Source: Eledone cirrhosa | Taxonomy: Eukaryota | Assembly (NCBI GenBank): GCA_964016885.1 | Contig: OZ024743.1 | Location: 30,380,001-30,444,000 of the forward strand | Reading direction: 5' to 3' | Length of the DNA stretch: 64,000 bases | Shown: piece by piece, positions 52,217 through 64,000 of the stretch | How positions within the stretch are numbered: position 1 is the stretch's first letter | Layout of the letters: the number at the start of each line of letters is the position of its first letter | Position numbers and translations under genes: made by a program | The notes under the pieces: model-generated | Database searches by the model: none | What the model saw: the letters and a program-made list of their open reading frames with translations, nothing else | What the model was told of the DNA's origin: nothing

Positions 52217-52449
52217 CCTGTGTCAGTGTTGAACAAAAAGGTCACGTGGTTGCCTAAACACTGTACGGCGTAATTCGGGCTGTTTGTTTGTTTACAAACA
52301 AACAAACCAAGCATTATAATAAATTTTCGGTAAACTGATACGTGCATATATATGTGTGTGCATGTATGTATATATATATACATACTACTCTACGTTTGTA
52401 TACATATATGTATGTACGTATACATATGTATATATATATTTATAGAGAG

Positions 52450-53385
52450 AATTAGTAAATGTGTATTCCAATGTTACTAAGTAGTAAAATGCAGTATATC
52501 TCCAAATTGCATAATTTGCAGAATCGATGATTTTGCTTATATGCAGGCGCACTGCAATAATTTGCCAATCAAGGAAGAATGGTTGATTGTTCCTCCGGAG
52601 CTGCCAGGCTTTATCGGCGAGGGTTGTTACGGAGCGCATTTTCTCGTCCCTGATCGAAGATCGATGTTGGTATAGGCGAGCTTTGAAAGAAGATTTGGAG
52701 ATATAGTGCATTTTAACGTCGGTAAACAAACTTTTGAACAGCAAAATTGAACGTTCACTATACTGTAACCATCGTTTGAAAACGACTTTTTCTTTTTTTA
52801 AATGCATATAATGTTACCTTTTTACACCACCGTTTGCAAATTTCTGTTTTATATGTTTATACACAAGATATGGCTTTCTATAATAATAGTACTAAACACT
52901 GTTTTCTGGACCCCTTTAGAAATAACCTGCTACTATAATAGCCCCAATAACTTGTCTGTAACTCTGTACCACTTTGACCCCTTTAACTAAATTTTGTCCG
53001 AACAACACCACTAGAAGAATTTACTTCCCCCGCCAACCCTAACACGCCTCATTAAGCTAACTGCTGCCAAAACATTCTCTCCTTACAATCTCTACTAGTC
53101 TGACAGTTTTAAATCCTAGGACTCCCTCCACCTTACTCACTTCCCTCTTCCCATTCTCTTCCTACCCCCTTCTTTCTCTTTTATCTAGTGTATAAAATAT
53201 TTTCATATCATTCCAATACAAAGGTCTGACGACATGGTGTGTTTGCTTACAGTGTACCCTCGGTTTATGATAATATTTTTATATTATTCAAATAGCGAGG
53301 TATAGGTAACCCATACACTATAGAAACAATTGTTACCTAATAAATTCTTTATACCCGCATTTCCATTTCATAAACTTCTTCTCTC
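52450..53385. mobile_element. PLE 3' end (GIY-YIG C-terminus + pLTR) with inverted 5' segment
   Basis: Minus ~52720->52450: SSFKARLYQHRSS..TTLADKAWQL..LDWQII..APAYKQNHRFCKLCNLE. Plus 52724-52810: KLLNSKIERSLYCNHR, then pLTR with HHR. Confidence 0.8.
53222..53338 (+). ncRNA. Type I hammerhead with ~90-nt rod-like stem II
   Basis: AGGT-CTGACGA-c atggtgtgt..ctcg..taatat tttt atatta..cgag..atacactat a-GAAA-CAATTG-TT-ACCT; GUU triplet. Confidence 0.7.
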
Positions 53386-53393
53386 TCTCTATA

Positions 53394-53429
<36 letters not shown>

Positions 53430-54231
53430 GGTATATATTACACCGTAAAATAAATATGTATTATTAGCACGAAGTAACCGTTGAAAAAAACATTTTTTCT
53501 TCCAGTCTAAAGCCAGAAATTCTGAAACTGATATATATCAATCCATGAACGCAGACATATATATTTAAAAATATTCCGAGCAAATATTGCTGTTAAAAAA
53601 ATGAAAAACTTAACGGCAACACCTTAAAAGATTCACTTGAGATACGGCGAAATTTATGCAAAGAGAATATATGATCTAATTTCGTCATTAGGTGAAGTAG
53701 GAAGAACAATCCCATGCTATGAAAAACTCAGAAGTATTATGATTTTAAATTAGACGAATGATTTCCTACTACCATTTTTGGAAAATTGAAGTAATTTGAT
53801 TAAATACGACACATCCAGTATTACAGACACAAATACATATATGTATATATATCAGGCCATCCCAGAGGGAATATGGGTTTTGGTAATTGGTTGTGAATTC
53901 ACAAAAAGCAAAAGTTACACATAACTTAATCAAGTATATATTCACTATCTAAATCGATAAAATTCTTCCAAACCTCTAAAATGTTTCTTTTATCATTCAC
54001 TTCAGATGGTTTTGAGGAAAAACAATGATTTTTTAACTTATAAAATGTTGCACCGTGGCGTGGAAATAATGTGGCTTTGTGGTGATAATACCCATTCGAT
54101 AGACTAGAGAGTACATTTTTTTATTTTATGTTTTCATTCAACCATATGGACTTGTACACCTGAGCTGTTATTGTTTGTTGTTTTTAAAATTTGTTACACA
54201 TATCATACAACGCGAAATGTTAATCAATGCA

Positions 54232-54740
54232 TTCTTCTTCTTCTTCTTCTTCTTCTTCTTCTTCTTCTTCTTCTTCTTCTTCTTCTTCTTCTTCTTCTTC
54301 TTCTTCTTCTTCTTCTTCTTCTTCTTCTTCTTCTTCTTCTTCTTCTTCTTCTTCCGGAAAGGGGCGTGGGACAGAGTGTTAAAACACTCTCTCAGTTGCA
54401 ACCATCTCCAAAAGATCTGGTGTGGTCCCTAAGTGAGACTAGTCACGCTCATGGATGTTTTCTAACCATCCTCTTCTTTTTGTCCCCTGGGTCTCCTGTC
54501 GGTTGGATTTGCCCGTAAAATCTGTACAGCAATTCTTTCCTGACCCATGTTTAACCTCATACTCATAATATCGAAGCTGAGATTTATCAATACGGAGAAG
54601 TAGCCGCTCTTCCTAGAGTAACACACTGATTTGCGAGCTCCGAGCTACCCACGCTATCAAGTAACGTTATCCCAAATCAATACGGAGAAACCCCAATTTG
54701 GCCGCTTGAATTCGCGATCGTATTGTTTCCGTCATTATCC
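54232..54740 (-). mobile_element. RTE-clade LINE 3' end with long (GAA)n tail
   Basis: Decayed RSRIQAAKLGFLR..SQLRYY..WLENI on minus; (TTC)n at 54232-54353. Confidence 0.7.
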
Positions 54741-56258
54741 ATAGGTAAGGGTTGGCACGAATACAAAATTGAAGATATTTTCCATATATCCTGGGAAACT
54801 TTGAATACTTTTAATCCCAGCAAAACCTTTCCCTTTCTGACTGCGCCTCAACCACGATCATCATATCTCCATTATTTCCGCTATAATCATATCACATCAA
54901 AATGTTTTATTACTATTATTATTTTTTCGACAAATATACACCCCAAACACTTTCTATAATTTTCGAAAACATTTTTAAAAAATTTTCTAAAGACTTTTCA
55001 CTCATAATACACTAAAAATCCTTCAGAGTCCCCCTAAGTTTTCATGAAAAATTTTCGTAAAATGTTTTTCAAATAAATTCATAAAACCTTTTAACTATCT
55101 CCCTCAAAAATGTAATTCAAACTCATTACCAACTATGCTAATTGCTTTTTTTTTTATTTCTAATTTTCCTCATTAATAAAATCAAAAAATTATCCATACA
55201 TTTTTAGTAACATTTCAACAAATATACCCTCATAATTATTAATAAAATTAGTTTTAAATAATGTAAATCTGAGAATTTTCTCAAAAATGATGCCAAATAT
55301 TTCAGAAAGTTTTTTCCAAATTTACTCTAATAAATTACTAGAATTCTTCTCAAAATTCTCCATAGAAGTTTCCTTTGAAATTCATCTCAAGTTACTTTCA
55401 ACATTTTTCAAAATGATTTCCCAAAACATTTCTGAAAATATTTCAAGATTCTTCTAAACATTTTCGCTCAAGATCATTAATAAAGATAGTTTAAAATATA
55501 TTCTCAAAACTTGTACCAGGAATATTTCAAAATATTTCTTAAATATTTCATCAAATTATTTTCAAATATTTGAATATTTCTCCTAAAAATATTAATGAGA
55601 AATTTTTGAAAACTTTCTTGTATTAAGGATTTGTTAGGATTGACTCAAGAGTTCGAAATATATTTCAAAACTTTTTATGAAAATCTTTGAAATATTTTCT
55701 GTAATACATTTCAGATTTTATTAAAGGGTTTTCGGAAATATTTCAAGAAAAATTCTTTCAATCTTATTCAACAAAATTCTGAAATAAATTTTTACAATAT
55801 TCCTTTTCATAAGTTTAAGTAAAATTTGATGAAGCTTTTCTAGACATTTTGAGAAAAATGTCCATTAATATTTTGATAATATTTTACAAATATGTAGGGA
55901 AATATGTCTGAGGAATTGTTTCGAAAATTAAAAAGATAATTAAAAGCTTAGCCTCCGAGATAGAACGTCTTGTTTCGGCTGGTAGTTTGCTTCTTGTTTT
56001 GATTGTATACACGGCCGTCGAAAGTTAGCATACTTATAGTGTGTCCATCTTTATTCACGGTTCCTAGACAGTTGAAAAATGGAAATTTAGACTTTCGAAA
56101 TTTCGACGCATTCTTGTCAATCGCTTTGGCGACGGACAGTGGCTGAGGCGTTGAATTTACCTTTTCGGCAACAAATTTCAACTTTCGATTATTAATAAAC
56201 TGTGGAAAAATCTTGTTTAGACATGATGGAACATCATTTAATAAGGTGTCAAAAACGG

Positions 56259-56380
<122 letters not shown>

Positions 56381-57570
56381 TGTGGGTGTAAATATATGCA
56401 CATGTGTATACATATATATATAATTGCGTATGTATGTGCAGGCATACATGTATATCATGCATGGAGGCATATATATGTACACACGAATCGTTTGAGGAAT
56501 ATTGCAATTGGTGGACGTTTGTTGCATTGAAACAAATTTTCCCGTTGGTATAGAAAAATTCTCATATGCCATGAAAAAATAGGATAAATTTGGAAATATT
56601 GATATAATTCTAACTGTCGGGATTTTCAGGGTTCCCAGGAGAAATGTTTACTTCATGCCGGAATTATGAGAAACGTAAAATTGTTACACATGAAACGTGT
56701 TAATTGATAGTGCCAAAATATATATGTATTATAATTAAAGTCCATAAGAAGCGATATATGGAAATATGTAATACGAAATCTGAGAAGAATACGAAAAACT
56801 GGAGGGATTACAATTTATCTAACACAAGATTCAAGGCATATGGGAGGAAAACAAGATGAGCGTTTGTACTGTTGCCAATACTGCTGAGAAAAGTGTGAAT
56901 GTTAATACGACCATCAAAGTATCGAATAAACAAAAAACCCGAATTCTATTCCGAATATTTAACTATAGTCGGCAGTTTATAGCGGCTAAACTGATGACAG
57001 ATTACGCATACAATCCTTGATATTGTTTCAAAATTAAAATGAAACAGAGCAGAAGCATTATAATTAAATTTTATAAAGTTGTTGGTAGCGTGGTTTTATA
57101 TGATGTATATAACATGACCGATAATAATATGATGTAAGCAGTATAACATAAAATATAAAAGAAACTGTCATAGCATTCGGAAAGTGAATTTGAACGATGT
57201 TCTAATGAATAATATTCAAAATGATTATTTACAATATCTGCTTACCCAGTCAAATGCTATATAATGTGATTTGTAATATATACCAAAGTATATGTAACAT
57301 AGAACAAGGTGATAGGGATTATTGTCTTAAATCTATGAACAAACAGATCTGTAGTACAATCTAAATATCATAGCATGGAGGAGCTGGCATGTAAATTGAC
57401 AAAATATTTTCTAAATACCTTAAAATTGGTGAGGATATCTACATTTGCATATTTAAAATGCTTATGTGATTGTAAATTTGCCATCACATATCCTGTAACG
57501 TATCATAATATCGTAGATGAGTATGTGCAATATATTTAGAAACAACACAATATTGAGGAGGGATATATAA

Positions 57571-57685
<115 letters not shown>

Positions 57686-59524
57686 TAATAAAAAGTAATA
57701 TTATATAAACAGAAGATGCTGAAATATTATTCAAAGAAGTGTAAGTGTGCTAACATCTAATACACTATAGGTTGGCGGTTTGAGAGATGCAAAATTATGA
57801 ACATAAAAGAACAGTTTGACATTTGATATGATTTAATTGACATTAACTAAATAAATACGAGATGGACTATCATTGATAGAAGAGTAAATCATGAACATAT
57901 GTGAGTATATAATAATAACATTTATGTTAAAAGAGATTGAAAAGAAGGCAAATGGTTAATATTCCGAACGGTTAACCAAAGCAGAACTAACTGTAATAAA
58001 ATATAAATTAAGTTATTATATTTTAAAGAAAGTATTCGTGAAGGTAAGATTTAATAGAACTCATAGTAATGTAAATTATGGTGTGTGGGATGTTGGATAT
58101 CATTCGGATCTTATATATTTTAAGGAACATAGCATTATGCTGGTCGGATATCGCATTAACATTTATATCATGAAACATATATAGATTGACAGGCAATATA
58201 ATACTATTGTGTTACTACAGTAAGATATTTCTAAGGGCGTGAGAGGTAATATCAACTATAATACTATCGCTCCGAGATGCTTGAAATCTAATCTAATATA
58301 TATAGTAACTTATTATTCAGGGTGAACTAATATCGCCCAAAATCATTGAAAGTGACATAACTTTAAAGGTCGGTGATATGTAATATGGCAGAAATAAAGA
58401 TAATATTTTGGTGTGCGAGATTTAATATGATAAAAAATTGTATATGATATTATATGGGATTTAGTAACTATTAAAGGAGCACGAATATGAGCTGATGCTA
58501 TTTGAATCTGATGCTATTTGAATTAATAACATTAGGGAGGTTGACTTGTAATACGTAACATGGTATCATGAAAATTATTTGTCATCTCATAACTTCTAAC
58601 TTAATATCCCAGCAATATATGGAATCGTAATATCATATTTATTTGACAACTCGGTTCGAGTAAAATAAATAATTTAGAAAGTATGCGTTATCAACTAAAG
58701 TAAAAATAAAACTTAATTTATAGACACATACATATTATTAGGTACATTTAGATAATAGTTTGTAATGTGAGAAACGTATTGAAGTATAACAATATGGACA
58801 TGATAATAACGGTTAAACAGGTGGAGATATTTTACTATATCATGCAAACTGTGCTTGCTAAAATGCCATGCAAATTTGTATTCCACCAAGGAGTATCAGG
58901 TTTTCATTATCTTTATTGGCTTGCGTTTTCGAAGGCCAGCTTGAAATTGAGTTTCCAACTATATAGATCATCTTTGGTTTATGAGAGTCTTGAACATAAT
59001 GAGGTGCCAAAGCGTGCAAAGTGAACATTTCTTTCCTGAATATAATCTGATACTTAAAGAAATTCATTGCATAATCATTCGTTGTTAGTGTTCTCATTCC
59101 AGAACACATTCAAGTTAGCGACCATGCATGTGTATTTAGCTGCCATCCTAAATAGATTAAAGTATTTTGGATATTGTTCAGGTAGGAAAAGCAAAGCAAC
59201 GCAGAATCAATTCTGTAGACGAATATGAATTTTTCTGATTTTCTGACCGCTTAGATGTTTATAAATTGAGACATTTAAGAGGTGTCAATCTACGAAGTGT
59301 TCAATATTTGAGTTTATAGATTATATATTGCATTGGACCTACCAGAAAGCAATTGCTAATTTAATCTAGCTTCCAGATAATGGGCACATTGTGCGTGCAT
59401 CTTCCATTGTGAGGTTTGTGTCACAACTTGATTTTGGGTGAGGTTTGTGTCACAACTTGATTATGTGAAGTTAAAAACAAAATCCGTAATGTGCTCCTAT
59501 GAATTAGGGAGGATATAGTCCAAA

Positions 59525-59598
59525 AATAATTGTTTCTCCTTTGGGCACAAGGCAAGCAAATACTCAGTGCATTACTGGTACTTTTTTTTATCGAACTC
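59525..59598 (-). mobile_element. SINE 3' fragment
   Basis: AATAATTGTTTCT..GGCACAAGGC..CAGTGCATTACTGGTACTTT matches the SINE tail; another such fragment lies at 26293-26343. Confidence 0.7.
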
Positions 59599-61620
59599 AA
59601 TATAGTCAAACAATAATACAAATTGGAAAGGTGTAATGTTGACTCCACGTAACACACCAGAAATTAATATGATTTATAAAATAAAAACTGAAGACACTGA
59701 GTTGTTGTATCCTATGAAATATATCAAAACAGACGAGAGGATGCGATAAAAACAGTATCACCAGTTTTTGTAGGATTTGGTACACAATCACATAATGTAA
59801 CGTAACATTTGGTAGATTAAGATGAAATAATATTCACAATATCTTTCAGAATAACGGCCGATATAATATGATCATAGACCTAAAGATATCATAGAGAATA
59901 TCTAACAAAGAAACTTACCAGATATTGCTTTGTTAAACGTATAACATTGAAAGGGATACAAAAACTCAACGTTTCTAGTATTGAACAAACATTAGACTTC
60001 ATATATATGTAGCTGTACCAATTACATAACATAACTATGATGATTTCCATCTCAATACAATTATTACAACGTTTATCTGATGCTGACGTTATATACGGAT
60101 TTAATCAATACCGACAGTGAAATACAGCTCCCACACGAAAGACAACTCTGCCATCCCACGTTGAATTGTCATACACCTCATCTAGAAAATTGTCAAAGTA
60201 GTTTAATCCAATATATATCAATTATAGTGTAAAGTGCTATTCTGAAATAGGTAGTTGTTTAGCATCTCTAGCTTGAGCTATCTAACACACTCATAGAGAT
60301 TATAATTTATACTTCTAGTGTGTGTTCTACCCTTGAACAGAACCAACAAATATGCCACAACCTATCTCTTGGAACGTCGCCTCCCTGAAATACCATTCCC
60401 ATCACACACTTTGCAGATATGCATCAACAGCTGATTAAGAGAAATGTCTACATTGTCATGTGATGCGTTTCATCTTCCCGATGAAACAATAAAGCCAAGT
60501 TTATAAAATCACTTGATGGAATAAAATAAATAAGATATGCGACAATATTAATGCTTGTGGGTGACATATTTTAAATCACCTGAAATATTAAATCTCCTCG
60601 AGTCCGATAAACTATCAAATATATCTATCATAACAAGATTTAGCATCCGATGTAAATGCATATTGCTGAAGTGAATGAGCTGTAGTAACATCTAAGTCAT
60701 GCACCAATGAAATGTGGAAACATAAAATCATTTGTATTATATTGGCACTAACAAGTCGACAGATATATGTACTAATGATGAAAATACCTTTCCTTATGGT
60801 AAGGAAGCCTATGTTTTGATATTACTGCGTGGCAACTTTGGCAGGTCTGTAATATTTCTGATAATTTGGGGAGTATGTTAGATGATCTCTAATTATAATA
60901 AATCATCTCTTGTCAGACCATGCCCGGTGATCCTTGCTGAGAATCAATTAGGCTTCAAATTATCGGTTAAAAACTCAGCTGCCTCCATATTAATTCAATA
61001 AGTGGGTTGCTCAATTTATCCAACAATTGGGGGACTGGAAATCAACACAGGTCCATTTGTTCACATGATAGAAGATGAAATATAGTATACAGGAAACTGA
61101 AACATAGATCATTAAACAGTAGCATAGAAACAGTTTGGTGAAGAGATGTTTTTTAATATATAATTAAGCATTCTAGTTACTGGTACCGTCAAAACAAGCA
61201 TAGACTACTAAAGTGGGACTTAAATCAATCAATATAAACATAACATCATATATGAAACAGCATCTAGAAAACGAATGTGTGTAGTGTGATATGAAACAAT
61301 ATTTGCAGTAATATGAGATGCATTGAATTGGCATAGATTGTTGATGAGAGGGAAAGCAAAATAAAACAAGATATCAGGAGAATGTAATGCTATTTCATGT
61401 AATATATTATAACAGTAGGAGCTGGAGATGCAATTTCATCTAAAGTACAGGAATAGGTTGAATGCACAGATTATATGCTTTCCTTTAATTGGAATCTCCT
61501 TCGGAGACGGTGTACACTTTTTTCTGTTTAAAATGATATTTGCCGAATGGCCTTTTGTATGTATATATACACACATAATCTCCACAGTGTGATTTGGCCA
61601 CATGAGTTGTGTATGTATGC

Positions 61621-61670
<50 letters not shown>

Positions 61671-61758
61671 GTGTGTGAGTATACATATGTATATGTATGT
61701 GTGCATGTGTGTTTGTGTGTAATAGCAATGAAAACTTCACTTGTATAATATATATATA

Positions 61759-62090
61759 CGAGGAGGGTCAGAAAAGTCCCAGGACTGATGTCACAAAAGA
61801 TTTATTTCAAACCCAAACTTCACACTAACAGTTTTCTCCTTCAAAGTAATCTCCCTGGAATCTAATGCACTTTTCCATCCTTTTCTGCCACGCTCGTATG
61901 CACCCCTGGAATGATTCTTCCGGGATCCTCCGCAGTTCCGTCGTCACGGCCTTTTGATGTCGTCCACGTCTTCAAAACGGGTCCCTTCCGGGTTGTACTC
62001 GAAGATCCATGACTCACCGGTGATGACTGTCCCTAGCAAGTTCTCCTCGGTTTCAAGACGCTCGACGATGTCCTGGCACATTTGCATGCG
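61759..62090 (-). mobile_element. mariner deletion derivative, 3' half (same family as 42556)
   Basis: Reverse complement of ~43104-43441 including the TIR and the same internal junction. Confidence 0.88.
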
Positions 62091-62108
62091 CGCGTGTTTA
62101 TTTATATA

Positions 62109-62382
62109 TATAAGAAGTGTAAGCCAGCAGGGTAAAATTGGATTCGTTTATTCACATTCGCTATTATATATATTTCAACGATAGGCATTATTCAACTGCT
62201 ATGACCACATCAGACAGTAAGAATGTAAACAGAAAAAAAACAGGAAAACATGATGTTGTAATGGATTTTACCGTGTTATTTCATTGATATGCCCAGCCCT
62301 GATCGTGTTGTTAGTCCTCAAAGGAACTGAAAACAATTATAGTAGCGAATGTGAATAAACGAAGCCAATTTACACTTCTTAT
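62109..62382. repeat. pLTR-like inverted repeat
   Basis: ATAAGAAGTGTAA..AATTGGATTCGTTTATTCACATTCGCTATTATA is inverted at 62338-62382. Confidence 0.75.
62161..62217 (-). ncRNA. Degenerate hammerhead (A9U)
   Basis: Minus CTGT-CTGATGT-ggtcatag..cctatcgtt-GAAA-TATATA-TA-ATAG; resembles the 5250 HHR. Confidence 0.5.
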
Positions 62383-62486
62383 TTCTACATTACTCCGGAG
62401 TAAACAAACCACCCTGCGCACTTCGTTGAGTGCTCCTACCAGCATACTGAGGTGTCGGTAAACAACCAACCAACACATACTCAAAT

Positions 62487-62521
<35 letters not shown>

Positions 62522-64000
62522 ACACGGATACATAAATAGTGTCCTATTCCTGATATAAAGTGATTTTGCTTTAATACCTTTTATAATTAATGTCATGATT
62601 TTGTATCTTTCTGTCAGATCATACCTTCACGATAAAGGCAGATCTCTTTCTTTCTCTGGTTAACAGTTTTTAATATTTCCGTTTCCCAGGATTAAGTTTC
62701 ATTCTTATTAGTTTACATTCCCAATAACGCCCAACCCTATCCACGAACATTCTGCACCCAACAAGTTTCTAAATGCAGCATAGAGGCTATAATCAAATGT
62801 TTCACTAGAAACCTCTAAATTTTCTCTCGATCCGGTCAAAAAAATTTTGTGTCCATCATCATACTTTAAGAAGTATCGGATAAAACGACAAAGCTCAGCC
62901 TGTATGATATAATATATGACAAAATCAAATGTTTCCAAAATTTGGCATACGTAACACACTTTCCTATTGATATTTCTCTAGTGATATCTGATTTGATTTT
63001 ACATGGATTTCTCATACATGTAACGTAAAAGTGATAGTCACAGATATAGCATAAAGTTAAATAATCTATTATAAAAACGATGTTTGCGTTATGATATAGC
63101 CTGAAGGTAACCTAATATTGATGTATGTGAGATAATAATTTATCTAAAGTAATGGAACACATATGTTAGTCGCATTTAATAATCACTAAAATAACTTAAC
63201 GCCATGGTATGGATGATGTAATATTATTTTTAAAACATTATTACAACTGTACGTGCAAGATAGATTTATAAACATTGAGAAAACTGACGTGCTGTGTTAT
63301 TTATTGTAGCATGCTTACATTTAATTTTTATATAAATCATCGTTTTAATAGTGGTGATACAATGTCGCCTAAAATAGCATATCACTGCAGAGATCTCCAT
63401 CGATATAACGAACCAATCACAGAAAACTGCACGTGGTTTCTTCAGCATTTAGTTGTATCAGACACATATACCTGAAAATAAATATGTACTTGTAAATAAA
63501 TGAGATTGTGTTGGCTAACACTAAACCTCTTTTGTTCTATAAAGTCTAATAATTCAGTGATGACCTGGTGCTAAACAATAACAGCAAAAACAGTATGCTA
63601 TATAATTTAAACTAATATGAAATAATATAGCACTTTTTTTGAAATCACAGAAATAACATATCTTGCTGCAAAACCTATTACTTTGTCATATACAGGAACA
63701 TGATACACTAAACAAATCATCTAATATTTTTAGGCATAAATTTCGCTCATTTGGGCATAAATTTCCATCACATAATAATAATATGTGAAGAAATTCGTCG
63801 GAATCATCGTATACCATTTTCTAAGACAATGTACCCATATATTTTATTCAGCCTGCTATACATGGAATAAACTGGAAACATGAAAACTATATTATAAATT
63901 AAGATTTGTAAAACAACAGATTTAATATCAAGTTACTAGTGTTGCAAAAATTTATTTGTGGACAAAACTATTAAATTGTCTTGAAACATAGAAGAGCAGA

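Larger units (their letters stand above)
50637..52435. mobile_element. Retrozyme-like array: 446-bp monomers with hammerheads, ~1.5 copies on minus back-to-back with ~2.4 copies on plus
   Basis: Plus copies 51378-51823 and 51824-52269 are nearly identical. 50637-51330 is their reverse complement. No ORF; TA-flanked. Confidence 0.85.

Noticed and set aside
50637-52435. CRISPR array or plain satellite interpretation
   Set aside because: No repeat-spacer structure, eukaryotic context, and each full unit carries an HHR
59408-59462. Short local duplications (also 20778-20842, 58492-58523)
   Set aside because: Two-copy slippage duplications with no further structure

Overview
AT-rich, microsatellite-dense eukaryotic non-coding DNA. 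It is most likely from an octopus or other cephalopod, judged from the tRNA-derived SINEs and (TA)n/(CA)n tracts. I see no convincing host exon. Almost all interpretable sequence is decayed mobile DNA: (i) Penelope-like element (PLE) RT and GIY-YIG remnants, plus many PLE pseudo-LTR (pLTR) fragments folded into long palindromes; (ii) a ~20 kb cluster at 22.2-42.3 kb of three R4/Dong-type and several L1/Tx1-type LINEs, all at (TAA)n tracts and in a recurring order; (iii) a near full-length CR1-group LINE, RTE fragments, two mariner deletion derivatives and several SINEs. The most notable hidden signal is a dozen or more type-I hammerhead ribozyme (HHR) motifs from at least six sequence families, read by eye from core motifs and stems. 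They include a retrozyme-like tandem/inverted array of 446-bp monomers at 50.6-52.4 kb with intact HHRs, HHRs with very long stem II insertions, and palindromes carrying an HHR on each strand. Boundaries of decayed elements are approximate, and no folding or database search was run.
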